Assembly (NCBI GenBank): GCA_963731735.1
Contig: CAVSWO010000001.1
Location: 761-64,760 of the forward strand
Length of the DNA stretch: 64,000 nucleotides
Direction of reading: 5' to 3'
Source: Candidatus Kerfeldbacteria bacterium
Lineage (GTDB): Bacteria > Patescibacteriota > Patescibacteriia > SBBC01 > CAIJZX01
Positions 19,101-27,317 of this stretch are shown one piece after another. Position numbers and translations under genes: made by a program. The first letter of the stretch is position 1. Each line of letters starts with the position of its first letter. Under the pieces are notes generated by a model, which saw nothing but the letters and a program-made list of their open reading frames with translations, ran no database searches and had not been told where the DNA came from.

Positions 19101-20215
19101 AACGTTCCCACGGGCACGCGCCAGATATTTGGGTCTGGATGAGTATCGCGATTCTGCTTGTGTTTGGATTGGTGATGCTCTCGAGCGCCAGCTCGGTCCT
19201 CGGATTTCAACGTTTTGACGATAGTAACTTTTTTCTCAAACGTCAGTTGATTTGGACGGCGGTTGGGGTCCTGGCCTTATTCGTAACCTATCGGATTGAT
19301 TACCATACCTGGAAAAGCTGGTCGGTGCCGATTATGATTGCCCTGATCGCGCTGCTGCTGGCGGTGTTCGTGCCGGGTTTGGGGATTGAATCACTGGGCG
19401 CCCATCGGTGGATCAACCTGGGATTCTTTGGGTTGCAACCGAGTGAATTGGCAAAACTGGCCACCATTATTTATTTGGCGGCTTGGCTCGACCAACGTGA
19501 ACACCAGATGCAGAGCGCGCGGGCTACGCTGTTACCGTTTTTGATTGCACTTGGCCTGGTCAGCGGTATTATCTTAGCCGAGCCCGATCTGGGCACCACG
19601 ACCGTGGTCCTGATGGTCTCGCTGATTTTATACTTTGCCTCCGGGGCGCCTTGGAAATTTGTGCTGGGCGTCATCGGGGCCGGGATCGGATTCTTTTTAT
19701 TGATGATCCAAATTGCACCGTATCGGGCGCAACGCTTTACCGTCTTCTTGAATCCGGAGCTTGATCCGCTGGGCATTGGATACCATATCAACCAAGCGCT
19801 GTTAGCAATTGGATCGGGTGGCTGGTTCGGATTGGGACTCGGTCATTCCCGCCAAAAATTTAATTACCTCCCGGAACCGGCCGGCGACTCAATCTTCGCC
19901 GTTACGGCTGAGGAACTTGGATTTTTGTTTGCGACGCTCTTTGTGGTGGCCTGGAGTTTTCTGATTTACCGAGGATTCCAGATCGCCAAACATGCACCGG
20001 ATCGGTTCGGTCGTTTAATGGCCACCGGAATTGTCGCCTGGTTGGGGATCCAAGCGTTTTTGAACATTGGCGCCTTAACCGGACTTTTGCCATTAACCGG
20101 TATCCCGCTGCCTTTCTTGAGTTACGGAGGATCGGCAATTATTGTAAACTTAGCGGCGGTGGGGATTCTCCTGAACATATCCCGCCAAACCGTTTACGGG
20201 AGTCGACGCGCATGA
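19097..20215 (+). CDS. ftsW: Cell division SEDS protein FtsW
   Basis: GAHRWI, QPSELAK, EPDLGT, YLPEPAGD and PFLSYGGS motifs. Confidence 0.94.
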   Translation: MKRSHGHAPDIWVWMSIAILLVFGLVMLSSASSVLGFQRFDDSNFFLKRQLIWTAVGVLALFVTYRIDYHTWKSWSVPIMIALIALLLAVFVPGLGIESLGAHRWINLGFFGLQPSELAKLATIIYLAAWLDQREHQMQSARATLLPFLIALGLVSGIILAEPDLGTTTVVLMVSLILYFASGAPWKFVLGVIGAGIGFFLLMIQIAPYRAQRFTVFLNPELDPLGIGYHINQALLAIGSGGWFGLGLGHSRQKFNYLPEPAGDSIFAVTAEELGFLFATLFVVAWSFLIYRGFQIAKHAPDRFGRLMATGIVAWLGIQAFLNIGALTGLLPLTGIPLPFLSYGGSAIIVNLAAVGILLNISRQTVYGSRRA

Positions 20216-21273
20216 CCCATCGCATATTATTGAGTGGAGGCGGTACCGCCGGATCAGTCACCCCTTTATTGGCGGTGCATGCCTATCTGACTCAGCAAGA
20301 TCCGTCCATTGAGTGGTTATTTGTCGGAACCGACACGGGCCCCGAACGGGCATTGGCCGAAGCGGCCAATTTGCCTTTCCGCACCGTCCGGGCCGGCAAG
20401 CTGCGTCGGTATTGGTCGTGGAAAAATATTTCGGACTGGTCCAACCTCTACCAGGGTTACCGGCAGGCTCGAGAGTTGATTCGAGAATGGAAACCGACCG
20501 TGGTGGTTTCGGCCGGATCGTATGTCTCGGTGCCAATCGCCTGGGCAGCGAAACTGCATCGCATACCGGTCGTCATTCATCAGCAGGATGTTCGGCCCGG
20601 CTTAGCCAATCGACTGATGGCCCCGGCCGCCAGCCGAATCACCGTTAGCTTTGAATCATCACTCCGTCATTTTCCAAAATCAAAAAGTATCTTTACCGGA
20701 AATCCGGTCCGAAGTGAATTCTTACACGCTGACGCGGCGCGCGGACGGGAGCTCTTAGATCTGAACAGCCGTTTGCCGGTTTTGGTTGTCTTAGGCGGCA
20801 GTACCGGTTCCAGCGCGTTAAATAGTTTAGTCAGTACGATTGGGTACCGGTTGGTCCAGCATTGGCAGGTGGTTCACCTAACCGGCTCGGCTCGAGACTT
20901 TGTCGAACTGCAGGACCCGCACTATCACGTGGTGCAATTTCTGACCTGGCAATTGCCGCATCTGATGGCCGCCAGCGATTTGGTGGTCAGCCGAGCAGGT
21001 CTGGGCGTGATTACCGAACTCGGCGCCCTGCGGCGCGCCGCCATTATCCTACCCATGCCGGGAACGCATCAAGAAGACAATGCGGCCCTGATTGACCGAC
21101 GGCATGCCGGATTGGTTTTGCAGCAATCCGGGTTAACGAGTGAAGACTTGTATCAAGCGATTGAAGCGCTGCGGATTGATCCGGCGCGCCGCCAGCACTA
21201 CGCGCACAATATTCACCAACTGTACCAACCGAACGCCCTGGAACAATTAAGTCAGGTCATTCTGCATGCCTAA
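20212..21273 (+). CDS. murG: UDP-GlcNAc:lipid I transferase
   Basis: GGGTAGS, HQQD..PGLANR, TGNPVR, GGSTG and HQEDNA motifs. Confidence 0.93.
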   Translation: MTHRILLSGGGTAGSVTPLLAVHAYLTQQDPSIEWLFVGTDTGPERALAEAANLPFRTVRAGKLRRYWSWKNISDWSNLYQGYRQARELIREWKPTVVVSAGSYVSVPIAWAAKLHRIPVVIHQQDVRPGLANRLMAPAASRITVSFESSLRHFPKSKSIFTGNPVRSEFLHADAARGRELLDLNSRLPVLVVLGGSTGSSALNSLVSTIGYRLVQHWQVVHLTGSARDFVELQDPHYHVVQFLTWQLPHLMAASDLVVSRAGLGVITELGALRRAAIILPMPGTHQEDNAALIDRRHAGLVLQQSGLTSEDLYQAIEALRIDPARRQHYAHNIHQLYQPNALEQLSQVILHA

Positions 21274-22651
21274 CACCACCTTGCTCCAATCGTGCAACCG
21301 AATGTACTGTTTTGGCATCGGCGGAGTGGGCGTGTCCGGAGTCGCCCGAATCTTATTAGCCCGCGGGATCGAGGTCGTTGGGTTTGAACCAAATCCTTCG
21401 CCGCTGACTGCAGACGTGGAACGGGACGGAGGAAAAATTTTCCAAACCTTTGACCCCGCGCAACTGGATGGTATCGAGGGGGTCGTGTATTCCGACGCCT
21501 GGCATGATCACCCGGGCTTAGCCACTGCCCGGAAACAAGGAATCCCGTGCTGGTCATTTGCCGAAGGGCTGGGGCAATTGATGAGTCGGGCGGCCGCTCG
21601 AATCGCGATTAGCGGCACCAATGGTAAAAGCACCACCACCGCCTTGACCGGGCTGTTACTGGCGAATGCCAAAAAAAATCCAACCGTTTTTGTTGGTAGT
21701 CGGGTGGCCCAATTTGCCGGTAACGTCCGCATCGGCTCGCCGCGCTTATTCGTGGCCGAAGCGGATGAATATCGCGATCATTACCATCAGCTTCAACCGA
21801 CTATTCTGACCATCACCAATATCGAGGCCGATCATTTGGATTATTTTAAAACGGCGCAGGCAGTCAATCAAAGTTTTCAAACCATGATCAGCAAATTGGG
21901 ATCGGATGGGCAAGTGGTGGCTAATCTTGATGATCCAACTACCCGGCAGGTCCTACAAGGTTTTCCGCGATTGACCACCTTCGGAACCAGTCCGGGTGTC
22001 GATCTGCAACTGACGGATCAGCAGACAGAATCCGGCCGGCAACATTTCTCACTGATTTGGCAAGGCCGGGAACTGGGAAAATTTACCGTCGAAATTCCCG
22101 GCGACTATAATCTCTCCAATATCGCCGCCGCGGTCGCAACCGCCCTGCGGGCCGGAGCCAAGCCGGATAGCTTTTCCAAAACACTGGCTGACTTTCACGG
22201 GGTCTGGCGCCGATTTGAAATTTTGAACGCCGGCGCGGCGGTCACGATCGTCAATGATTACGCCCACCATCCAACCGCCGTCCGGGGCGTCCTGGAAGGG
22301 GGGCGGGCGTTTTATCCGGGTCGAAGAATTTTAGCCGTATTTCAACCGCATCACCACCACCGTTTAGCCAGTCTGTTTCCGGGTTTTGTCAACGCCTTTC
22401 AAGCGGCGGATTACGTTTTGCTGACCGACGTGTTTGCGGTCCCGGGACGCGATCAAACACCGGTGAAAACCAGTCAGGATTTAGCGGCCGCCTTGCAAGC
22501 TCAAGGCCGGGCGGTATCCTACGCGGCCACCCTTGAAGACACCAAGAATCGTTTACGCCAACTCATTCAACCGGGTGATGTGGTGATCGTGATGGGGGCC
22601 GGCGATATTTGGAAAGTCGGCGTGGAATTAGCCAAAGACTATGCCAAATAA
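21266..22651 (+). CDS. murC: UDP-N-acetylmuramate--L-alanine ligase
   Basis: GIGGVGVS, GTNGKSTTT, EADE, DHLDY, DYAHHP and GAGDI motifs. Confidence 0.94.
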   Translation: MPNTTLLQSCNRMYCFGIGGVGVSGVARILLARGIEVVGFEPNPSPLTADVERDGGKIFQTFDPAQLDGIEGVVYSDAWHDHPGLATARKQGIPCWSFAEGLGQLMSRAAARIAISGTNGKSTTTALTGLLLANAKKNPTVFVGSRVAQFAGNVRIGSPRLFVAEADEYRDHYHQLQPTILTITNIEADHLDYFKTAQAVNQSFQTMISKLGSDGQVVANLDDPTTRQVLQGFPRLTTFGTSPGVDLQLTDQQTESGRQHFSLIWQGRELGKFTVEIPGDYNLSNIAAAVATALRAGAKPDSFSKTLADFHGVWRRFEILNAGAAVTIVNDYAHHPTAVRGVLEGGRAFYPGRRILAVFQPHHHHRLASLFPGFVNAFQAADYVLLTDVFAVPGRDQTPVKTSQDLAAALQAQGRAVSYAATLEDTKNRLRQLIQPGDVVIVMGAGDIWKVGVELAKDYAK

Positions 22652-23564
22652 TTTTCAGCTGCAAGAAAACGTCCCGCTCGCACCCTTAACGACACTCAAA
22701 TTGGGGGGCAGGGCACGGTACCTGGTCGCCGCCAAATCGGTTGATGAAGCTCGCCAGGCGCTGGCCTGGGCCCAGCAACGGCAGCTTGACTGGGTGGTCT
22801 TGGGCGCCGGCAGTAATACCCTGGTGGCCGACACCGGGTACGCCGGCTTGGTGGTGGTAATGCGTAACGATCAAGCCGAATGGAAGCCGCCGCACGTCAC
22901 CGTCGGGGCCGGCATGAAACTTGGCCAACTGGTAGCCGGCGCGTTACAGCATGATCTGGGCGGTTTGTGGTGGTTGATTGGGGTACCGGGCAGTGTCGGT
23001 GGCGCGATTTACGGCAACGCCGGGAGTCGTGATCAAGCTATCGGTCAGTATGTACAGTGGGTGGAAACGTTGGAACCAACCGGTCAGTTCAAACGTTGGT
23101 CACTGGACGAATGTGAATTCAGGTATCGGCATAGTCGGTTTAAAGAGCAGCATACAATTATTATTCGGGCCGGTCTGCAGTTACCAGCCGTCGATCGATC
23201 GCAGGAACAGCAGCTACTCAAAGAAAAAGCCGCTGCCAAGCAGAAAAATCAACCGTTGACCGCCGCCTCGGCCGGATGCATGTTTAAGAATCCCAGCGTC
23301 GAAGGGGTGTCGCTTCCGGACTATTTACAAACCCAAGTCTTTCCGGACAAGACCATTTCGGCCTGGCGTTTAATTGCGGCCTTGGACCTGCCCGGATTTC
23401 AACTCGGGCAAATGCAAATTTCGACCAAGCACGCGAATTTTATGATTAACTTGGGCGGCGCCACCGCCGATCAAGTCGTCCAACTGCTGAGTTACGTCAA
23501 ACAGCAAGTGCGTGATAATTTGGGCGTGCAATTACAAGAGGAAGTTCAATATTTAGGCTTCTAA
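22641..23564 (+). CDS. murB: UDP-N-acetylenolpyruvoylglucosamine reductase
   Basis: GAGSNTL, PGSVGGAIYGNAG, FRYRHS, SAGCMFKNP and KHANF motifs. Confidence 0.95.
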   Translation: MPNNFQLQENVPLAPLTTLKLGGRARYLVAAKSVDEARQALAWAQQRQLDWVVLGAGSNTLVADTGYAGLVVVMRNDQAEWKPPHVTVGAGMKLGQLVAGALQHDLGGLWWLIGVPGSVGGAIYGNAGSRDQAIGQYVQWVETLEPTGQFKRWSLDECEFRYRHSRFKEQHTIIIRAGLQLPAVDRSQEQQLLKEKAAAKQKNQPLTAASAGCMFKNPSVEGVSLPDYLQTQVFPDKTISAWRLIAALDLPGFQLGQMQISTKHANFMINLGGATADQVVQLLSYVKQQVRDNLGVQLQEEVQYLGF

Positions 23565-23587
23565 AGGATAGTCGAACACGCGTCAGG

Positions 23588-23866
23588 CTGCTGCATATTC
23601 CAATACGTCGTTTACCGAAAGTACTGCGAAGCTTGTATCGGTGATTAAAACCAAACGGAGTGTTCGCGGTTAGCCTGAAACCTTTTCCAACTGTCGAACA
23701 GGGCATGCAACAAACACTCCACTCCGGATGGACCGAACGGTACTTTGCGTTTTTACCGTCCCCGTGAATTTCGGTCACTCCTCAGCCAGGCGGGATTCAA
23801 GCAGATTGTCATGCACCGACGGCAGCCGGGGAAAAACCTTGGTTGTACTTTCAAGCTCAAGCTTGA
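23588..23866 (+). pseudogene. Remnant of a class I SAM-dependent methyltransferase (C-terminal part)
   Basis: LLHIP..LPKVLRSLYR*LKPNGVFAVSLK..RYFAF / YRPREFRSLLSQAGF / PWLYFQAQA*: one in-frame TGA (23642) and two compensating frameshifts; no N-terminus. Confidence 0.65.
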
Positions 23867-23885
23867 TCATGTATACTGAACACCT

Positions 23886-24197
23886 ATGCAACTTACTATC
23901 AGCGGTAAAGATTTCGCGCTAACGCCATCCATTAAAACCTACGTTGCCAGCAAGCTTAGCCGGCTGGAGAAATTTGCCCATGACGCTGAACGGATTGGGG
24001 TGGAGCTCGATGTCGATCATAGTCATCACAAAGGTGATATTTACAGAATTGAAGTTTGGGTCTATTTTCCGGGTGAGACGATTCAGGCCGGCGAAAAGGC
24101 TGAAGATATGCACGCGGCCGTCGATTTGGTCTATCCGAAGCTCGAACGACAATTGACGGATCGCAAGCAAAAAAAGCTGGCCGAGCGAAAAGGCTGA
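23886..24197 (+). CDS. raiA: Ribosome hibernation factor (RaiA/HPF, short form)
   Basis: ISGKDFALTPSIKTYV..KL; DMHAAVD..KLERQL; lies upstream of secA. Confidence 0.9.
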   Translation: MQLTISGKDFALTPSIKTYVASKLSRLEKFAHDAERIGVELDVDHSHHKGDIYRIEVWVYFPGETIQAGEKAEDMHAAVDLVYPKLERQLTDRKQKKLAERKG

Positions 24198-24279
24198 TCC
24201 GACATCAGGCGTCAGGGCTAAACCGGCCGGTTTGGCCGCTTGATTTTTTAGGCCCAGGTTGGTAAAGTAAGCTCCTGCT

Positions 24280-26991
24280 ATGGCACTGTTAGGGAAACTT
24301 TTTGGCGATGCGAATGCGCGGTTGATCAAGCAGCTGCAGCCGACCATTGACCGAATCAACCAATTCAAACCGACGGTTAGCGCCTGGGAAGACGCGAAAT
24401 TTCGCGACCGGGCGACCGAACTCCGTCAGCAGGTGGACGGCGATTTTGCTAAACTCGATCCCTTGGTGCCGGAAGTCTTCGCCATGGTCCGGGAAGCGGC
24501 CCAGCGCAAACTCGGGATGGAGCACTTTGACGTCCAGCTGGTTGGCGGTCTGATACTGCATCGCGGGGAAATTGCGGAAATGAAAACTGGTGAAGGGAAG
24601 ACGTTGGTAGCCACCTTAGCGGTCGCCCTGAATGCCTTAACCGGGCAAGGGGTGCACGTGGTGACGGTCAACGACTATTTGGCCCGGCGCGATGCCGGTT
24701 GGATGGCCGAAATTTATGACTTTCTCGGTTTAAGCGTCGGGGTGATTATTCACGATCAGGCGTTTGTGTATGATGCAAAGTACGACGATCCGGAGGCGGT
24801 CGACGACCGGACCCGACATTTGCGACCGGTGGCCCGACCCGAAGCCTATCAGGCTGACATTACTTACGGCACGAATAATGAATTTGGGTTTGATTATTTG
24901 CGTGATAATATGGTGCCGGATCAGCGCTATATCGTGCAACGACCGTTCGCCTACGCCATCATCGACGAAGTCGACAGTATTTTGATTGACGAAGCTCGGA
25001 CGCCGCTGATTATTTCCGCTCCGGCCGAGCAATCATCCGATCGGTACCAAAAATTTGCCCAAATTGTCTCGCGGTTGGAAACCAGCGATTACACAGTCGA
25101 TGAAAAGATGCGGGCGGCCACCTTGACGGAACAGGGGATCGCGCACGTTGAACAAATGCTGAATATCGATAACATCTATACGGCCGGCGGCATTGAGATG
25201 GTTCACCATCTTGAATCGGCCCTCAAGGCCCGGACATTGTTTCAGCGCGATAAAGACTACGTCGTCAAAGATGGTGAGGTAATAATTGTTGATGAGTTTA
25301 CCGGACGTTTAATGCAGGGCCGCCGCTATTCGGAAGGACTCCACCAGGCCATCGAGGCTAAAGAAGGGTTGTCCGTCAAACAGGAAAGCCGCACCCTAGC
25401 CACGGTCTCACTCCAAAACCTGTTCCGTCTGTATCCGAAGAAAGCCGGTATGACCGGCACGGCCGCGACCGAAGCCGAAGAGTTTCATAAAATCTATGAT
25501 TTGAACGTGGCGGTCATTCCAACCAATCAACCGTTGGCCCGCAAAGATTTATCGGACAGTGTTTACAAAAACGAACAGGGTAAATACACCGCCATCATAC
25601 GAGAAGTCAAACGTCGTCACGAAGCCGGCCAGCCGGTATTAATCGGAACCATTTCAATTGAAAAGAACGAACTCTTGAGCGAGTTGCTCAACAATGAAGG
25701 AATTCCGCATGAACTGCTGAACGCCAAGAACCACGAGCGTGAAGCGCAGATCATCGCCCAGGCGGGACAACCGGGCGCGGTCACGCTGGCCACCAATATT
25801 GCCGGCCGTGGCGTTGACATCGTACTAGGCGGTTCACCGGCGGATGCCGCGTCGGCCAAGGCCGTACGTGAAGCCGGCGGTCTCCATATCCTGGGTACCG
25901 AGCGGCATGAATCACGACGGATTGATAATCAGTTGCGTGGCCGGGCCGGCCGACAAGGGGACGCCGGGTCGAGTCAATTCTTCGTTTCGATGGAAGATGA
26001 TTTGATGCGTATCTTCGGGCAGGACCGAATGAAGAACATGATGGAGCGCTTGGGTATACCGGATGACCAGCCGATCGAAAGTGGTATGGTTTCGAAGGCG
26101 ATTGAACAGGCTCAAAAGAAAGTCGAAGGCCACAATTTCGACATCCGTAAACACTTGGTTGAATACGACGACGTCATGAACAAGCACCGCGAGGTGATAT
26201 ACAAACGCCGCCGCGGGATATTACTGGCCGACCCGGAAGCAATCCGCCAGCGAATTTCCGAGCTGGTTGAAAAAGAAATCACCCAGGTGGTTTCATTCCA
26301 CACGGCTGGAGAAGTTGAACAGAACTGGAATCTGGACGCGATTTATAACGCGGTCGAAGCGATGGGCTTGATTGGGCTCAAGGGACGCTTAACTTTAGAG
26401 GATTTGCGAGACCAAGCCGGTGACCAGGCGCATGACGCGGCCGCCCGGACGAAAATCATCGAGTTTTTGATGGAGCAGGCCAAGGTCAAAATGGACGAAC
26501 AGTCCAAACAAGTGGAAAATCCAGCCGCCTGGCCTGAAGTTGCCCGCAACATCATGTTGCGGACAATCGATCAACTTTGGGTCGAGCATCTCGACCTAAT
26601 GGAACGGCTGCGTGAGGGAATCGGTCTGCGCGGTTATGGACAGAAAGATCCGTTGGTTGAATATAAACGAGAAGCCTTTGATTTGTTCAATCAATTGATT
26701 AACGCCATCAACGCCCAAATTGCGAATACCATTTTTCGAGTCACGATCACACCGGGCGATCAAGCTCCGCAATCACCGACACCCCAAGCGATGCAATATT
26801 CCGCCCCGCAAAAAGAAGCAACTGAATCACGCCAAGCCGGTGCCTTTATAAAAAAACAAAATATCGTTGATGGGGTTGATCTTTCCAACGTTGGCCGAAA
26901 TGATCCGTGTCCATGCGGATCCGGAAAGAAATTTAAGAAGTGCTACCTGGCCAATGACCCGGGGTGCAAATTATTACACCAAGTCAGCTAA
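24280..26991 (+). CDS. secA: Preprotein translocase ATPase SecA
   Basis: EMKTGEGKT, DEVDSILIDEARTP, QLRGRAGRQG and SEC-C GRNDPCPCGSGKKFKKC motifs; TTGATT-17-TAAAGT promoter. Confidence 0.97.
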   Translation: MALLGKLFGDANARLIKQLQPTIDRINQFKPTVSAWEDAKFRDRATELRQQVDGDFAKLDPLVPEVFAMVREAAQRKLGMEHFDVQLVGGLILHRGEIAEMKTGEGKTLVATLAVALNALTGQGVHVVTVNDYLARRDAGWMAEIYDFLGLSVGVIIHDQAFVYDAKYDDPEAVDDRTRHLRPVARPEAYQADITYGTNNEFGFDYLRDNMVPDQRYIVQRPFAYAIIDEVDSILIDEARTPLIISAPAEQSSDRYQKFAQIVSRLETSDYTVDEKMRAATLTEQGIAHVEQMLNIDNIYTAGGIEMVHHLESALKARTLFQRDKDYVVKDGEVIIVDEFTGRLMQGRRYSEGLHQAIEAKEGLSVKQESRTLATVSLQNLFRLYPKKAGMTGTAATEAEEFHKIYDLNVAVIPTNQPLARKDLSDSVYKNEQGKYTAIIREVKRRHEAGQPVLIGTISIEKNELLSELLNNEGIPHELLNAKNHEREAQIIAQAGQPGAVTLATNIAGRGVDIVLGGSPADAASAKAVREAGGLHILGTERHESRRIDNQLRGRAGRQGDAGSSQFFVSMEDDLMRIFGQDRMKNMMERLGIPDDQPIESGMVSKAIEQAQKKVEGHNFDIRKHLVEYDDVMNKHREVIYKRRRGILLADPEAIRQRISELVEKEITQVVSFHTAGEVEQNWNLDAIYNAVEAMGLIGLKGRLTLEDLRDQAGDQAHDAAARTKIIEFLMEQAKVKMDEQSKQVENPAAWPEVARNIMLRTIDQLWVEHLDLMERLREGIGLRGYGQKDPLVEYKREAFDLFNQLINAINAQIANTIFRVTITPGDQAPQSPTPQAMQYSAPQKEATESRQAGAFIKKQNIVDGVDLSNVGRNDPCPCGSGKKFKKCYLANDPGCKLLHQVS

Positions 26992-27018
26992 AGAACGCAA
27001 AAAAATTAAAGTGCGATG

Positions 27019-27047
27019 TTGACAAAACCGATTTTTTGTGCTAAAAT
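27019..27047 (+). promoter_or_regulatory. Strong sigma70 promoter not attached to any obvious CDS
   Basis: TTGACA-17 bp-TAAAAT with TGn extension and an A-rich upstream region. Confidence 0.75.
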
Positions 27048-27053
27048 ACTATT

Positions 27054-27265
27054 TGTACGCGTGAAAAACGTACATGTGTTCCTTGAAGAAACACAAAAAG
27101 AAAAACAAAAGCGCGACTAGGGGCTCCAGGTGATGTTTGATCTGGAGCGGTCTCCAGGCCAGGCATCACCTGCGTACTCCAAAGCGAATACTCAACATCG
27201 CCCCGGGGTCATTGAGCCCCTAGTTCCCACCTTTTCCTACCGACCGGACGCGGCCGGTGTTTTTA
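27054..27265 (+). ncRNA. Candidate structured ncRNA (family unassigned)
   Basis: Has its own promoter and terminator; 11-bp closing stem ACTAGGGGCTC/GAGCCCCTAGT; long inner hairpin completed by G-U pairs on the + strand. Confidence 0.5.
27243..27265 (+). terminator. Putative intrinsic terminator
   Basis: ACCGG-ACGCGG-CCGGT followed by GTTTTTA. Confidence 0.45.
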
Positions 27266-27274
27266 TATCCGGAC

Positions 27275-27303
27275 TTGTCGTTTTCGGGCTGAAGCCCTAT
27301 ACT
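27275..27303 (+). promoter_or_regulatory. sigma70 promoter for secDF
   Basis: TTGTCG-17 bp-TATACT. Confidence 0.6.
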
Positions 27304-27317
27304 GGCTGAGTTACTGT

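Noticed and set aside
16619-23564. Absence of murE, murF, ddl, ftsI and ftsAZ from the dcw cluster taken as pathway loss
   Set aside because: Cannot be judged from one window; split dcw clusters are common
23642-23644. In-frame TGA as evidence of code 25 recoding or selenocysteine
   Set aside because: Many intact genes end at TGA (ATGA overlaps) and use TGG for Trp; this region also has frameshifts, which fits decay
27117-27223. MITE with CTAG target duplication, or a tRNA/tmRNA-like acceptor stem
   Set aside because: The inverted termini inside CTAG match for only about 6-8 bp; there is no second copy in the window and no T-arm/CCA; kept only as an alternative to the ncRNA
10713-27310. Identical GGCTGAG directly after the -10 boxes of rpmA and secD
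   Set aside because: Only two 7-bp instances; could be chance
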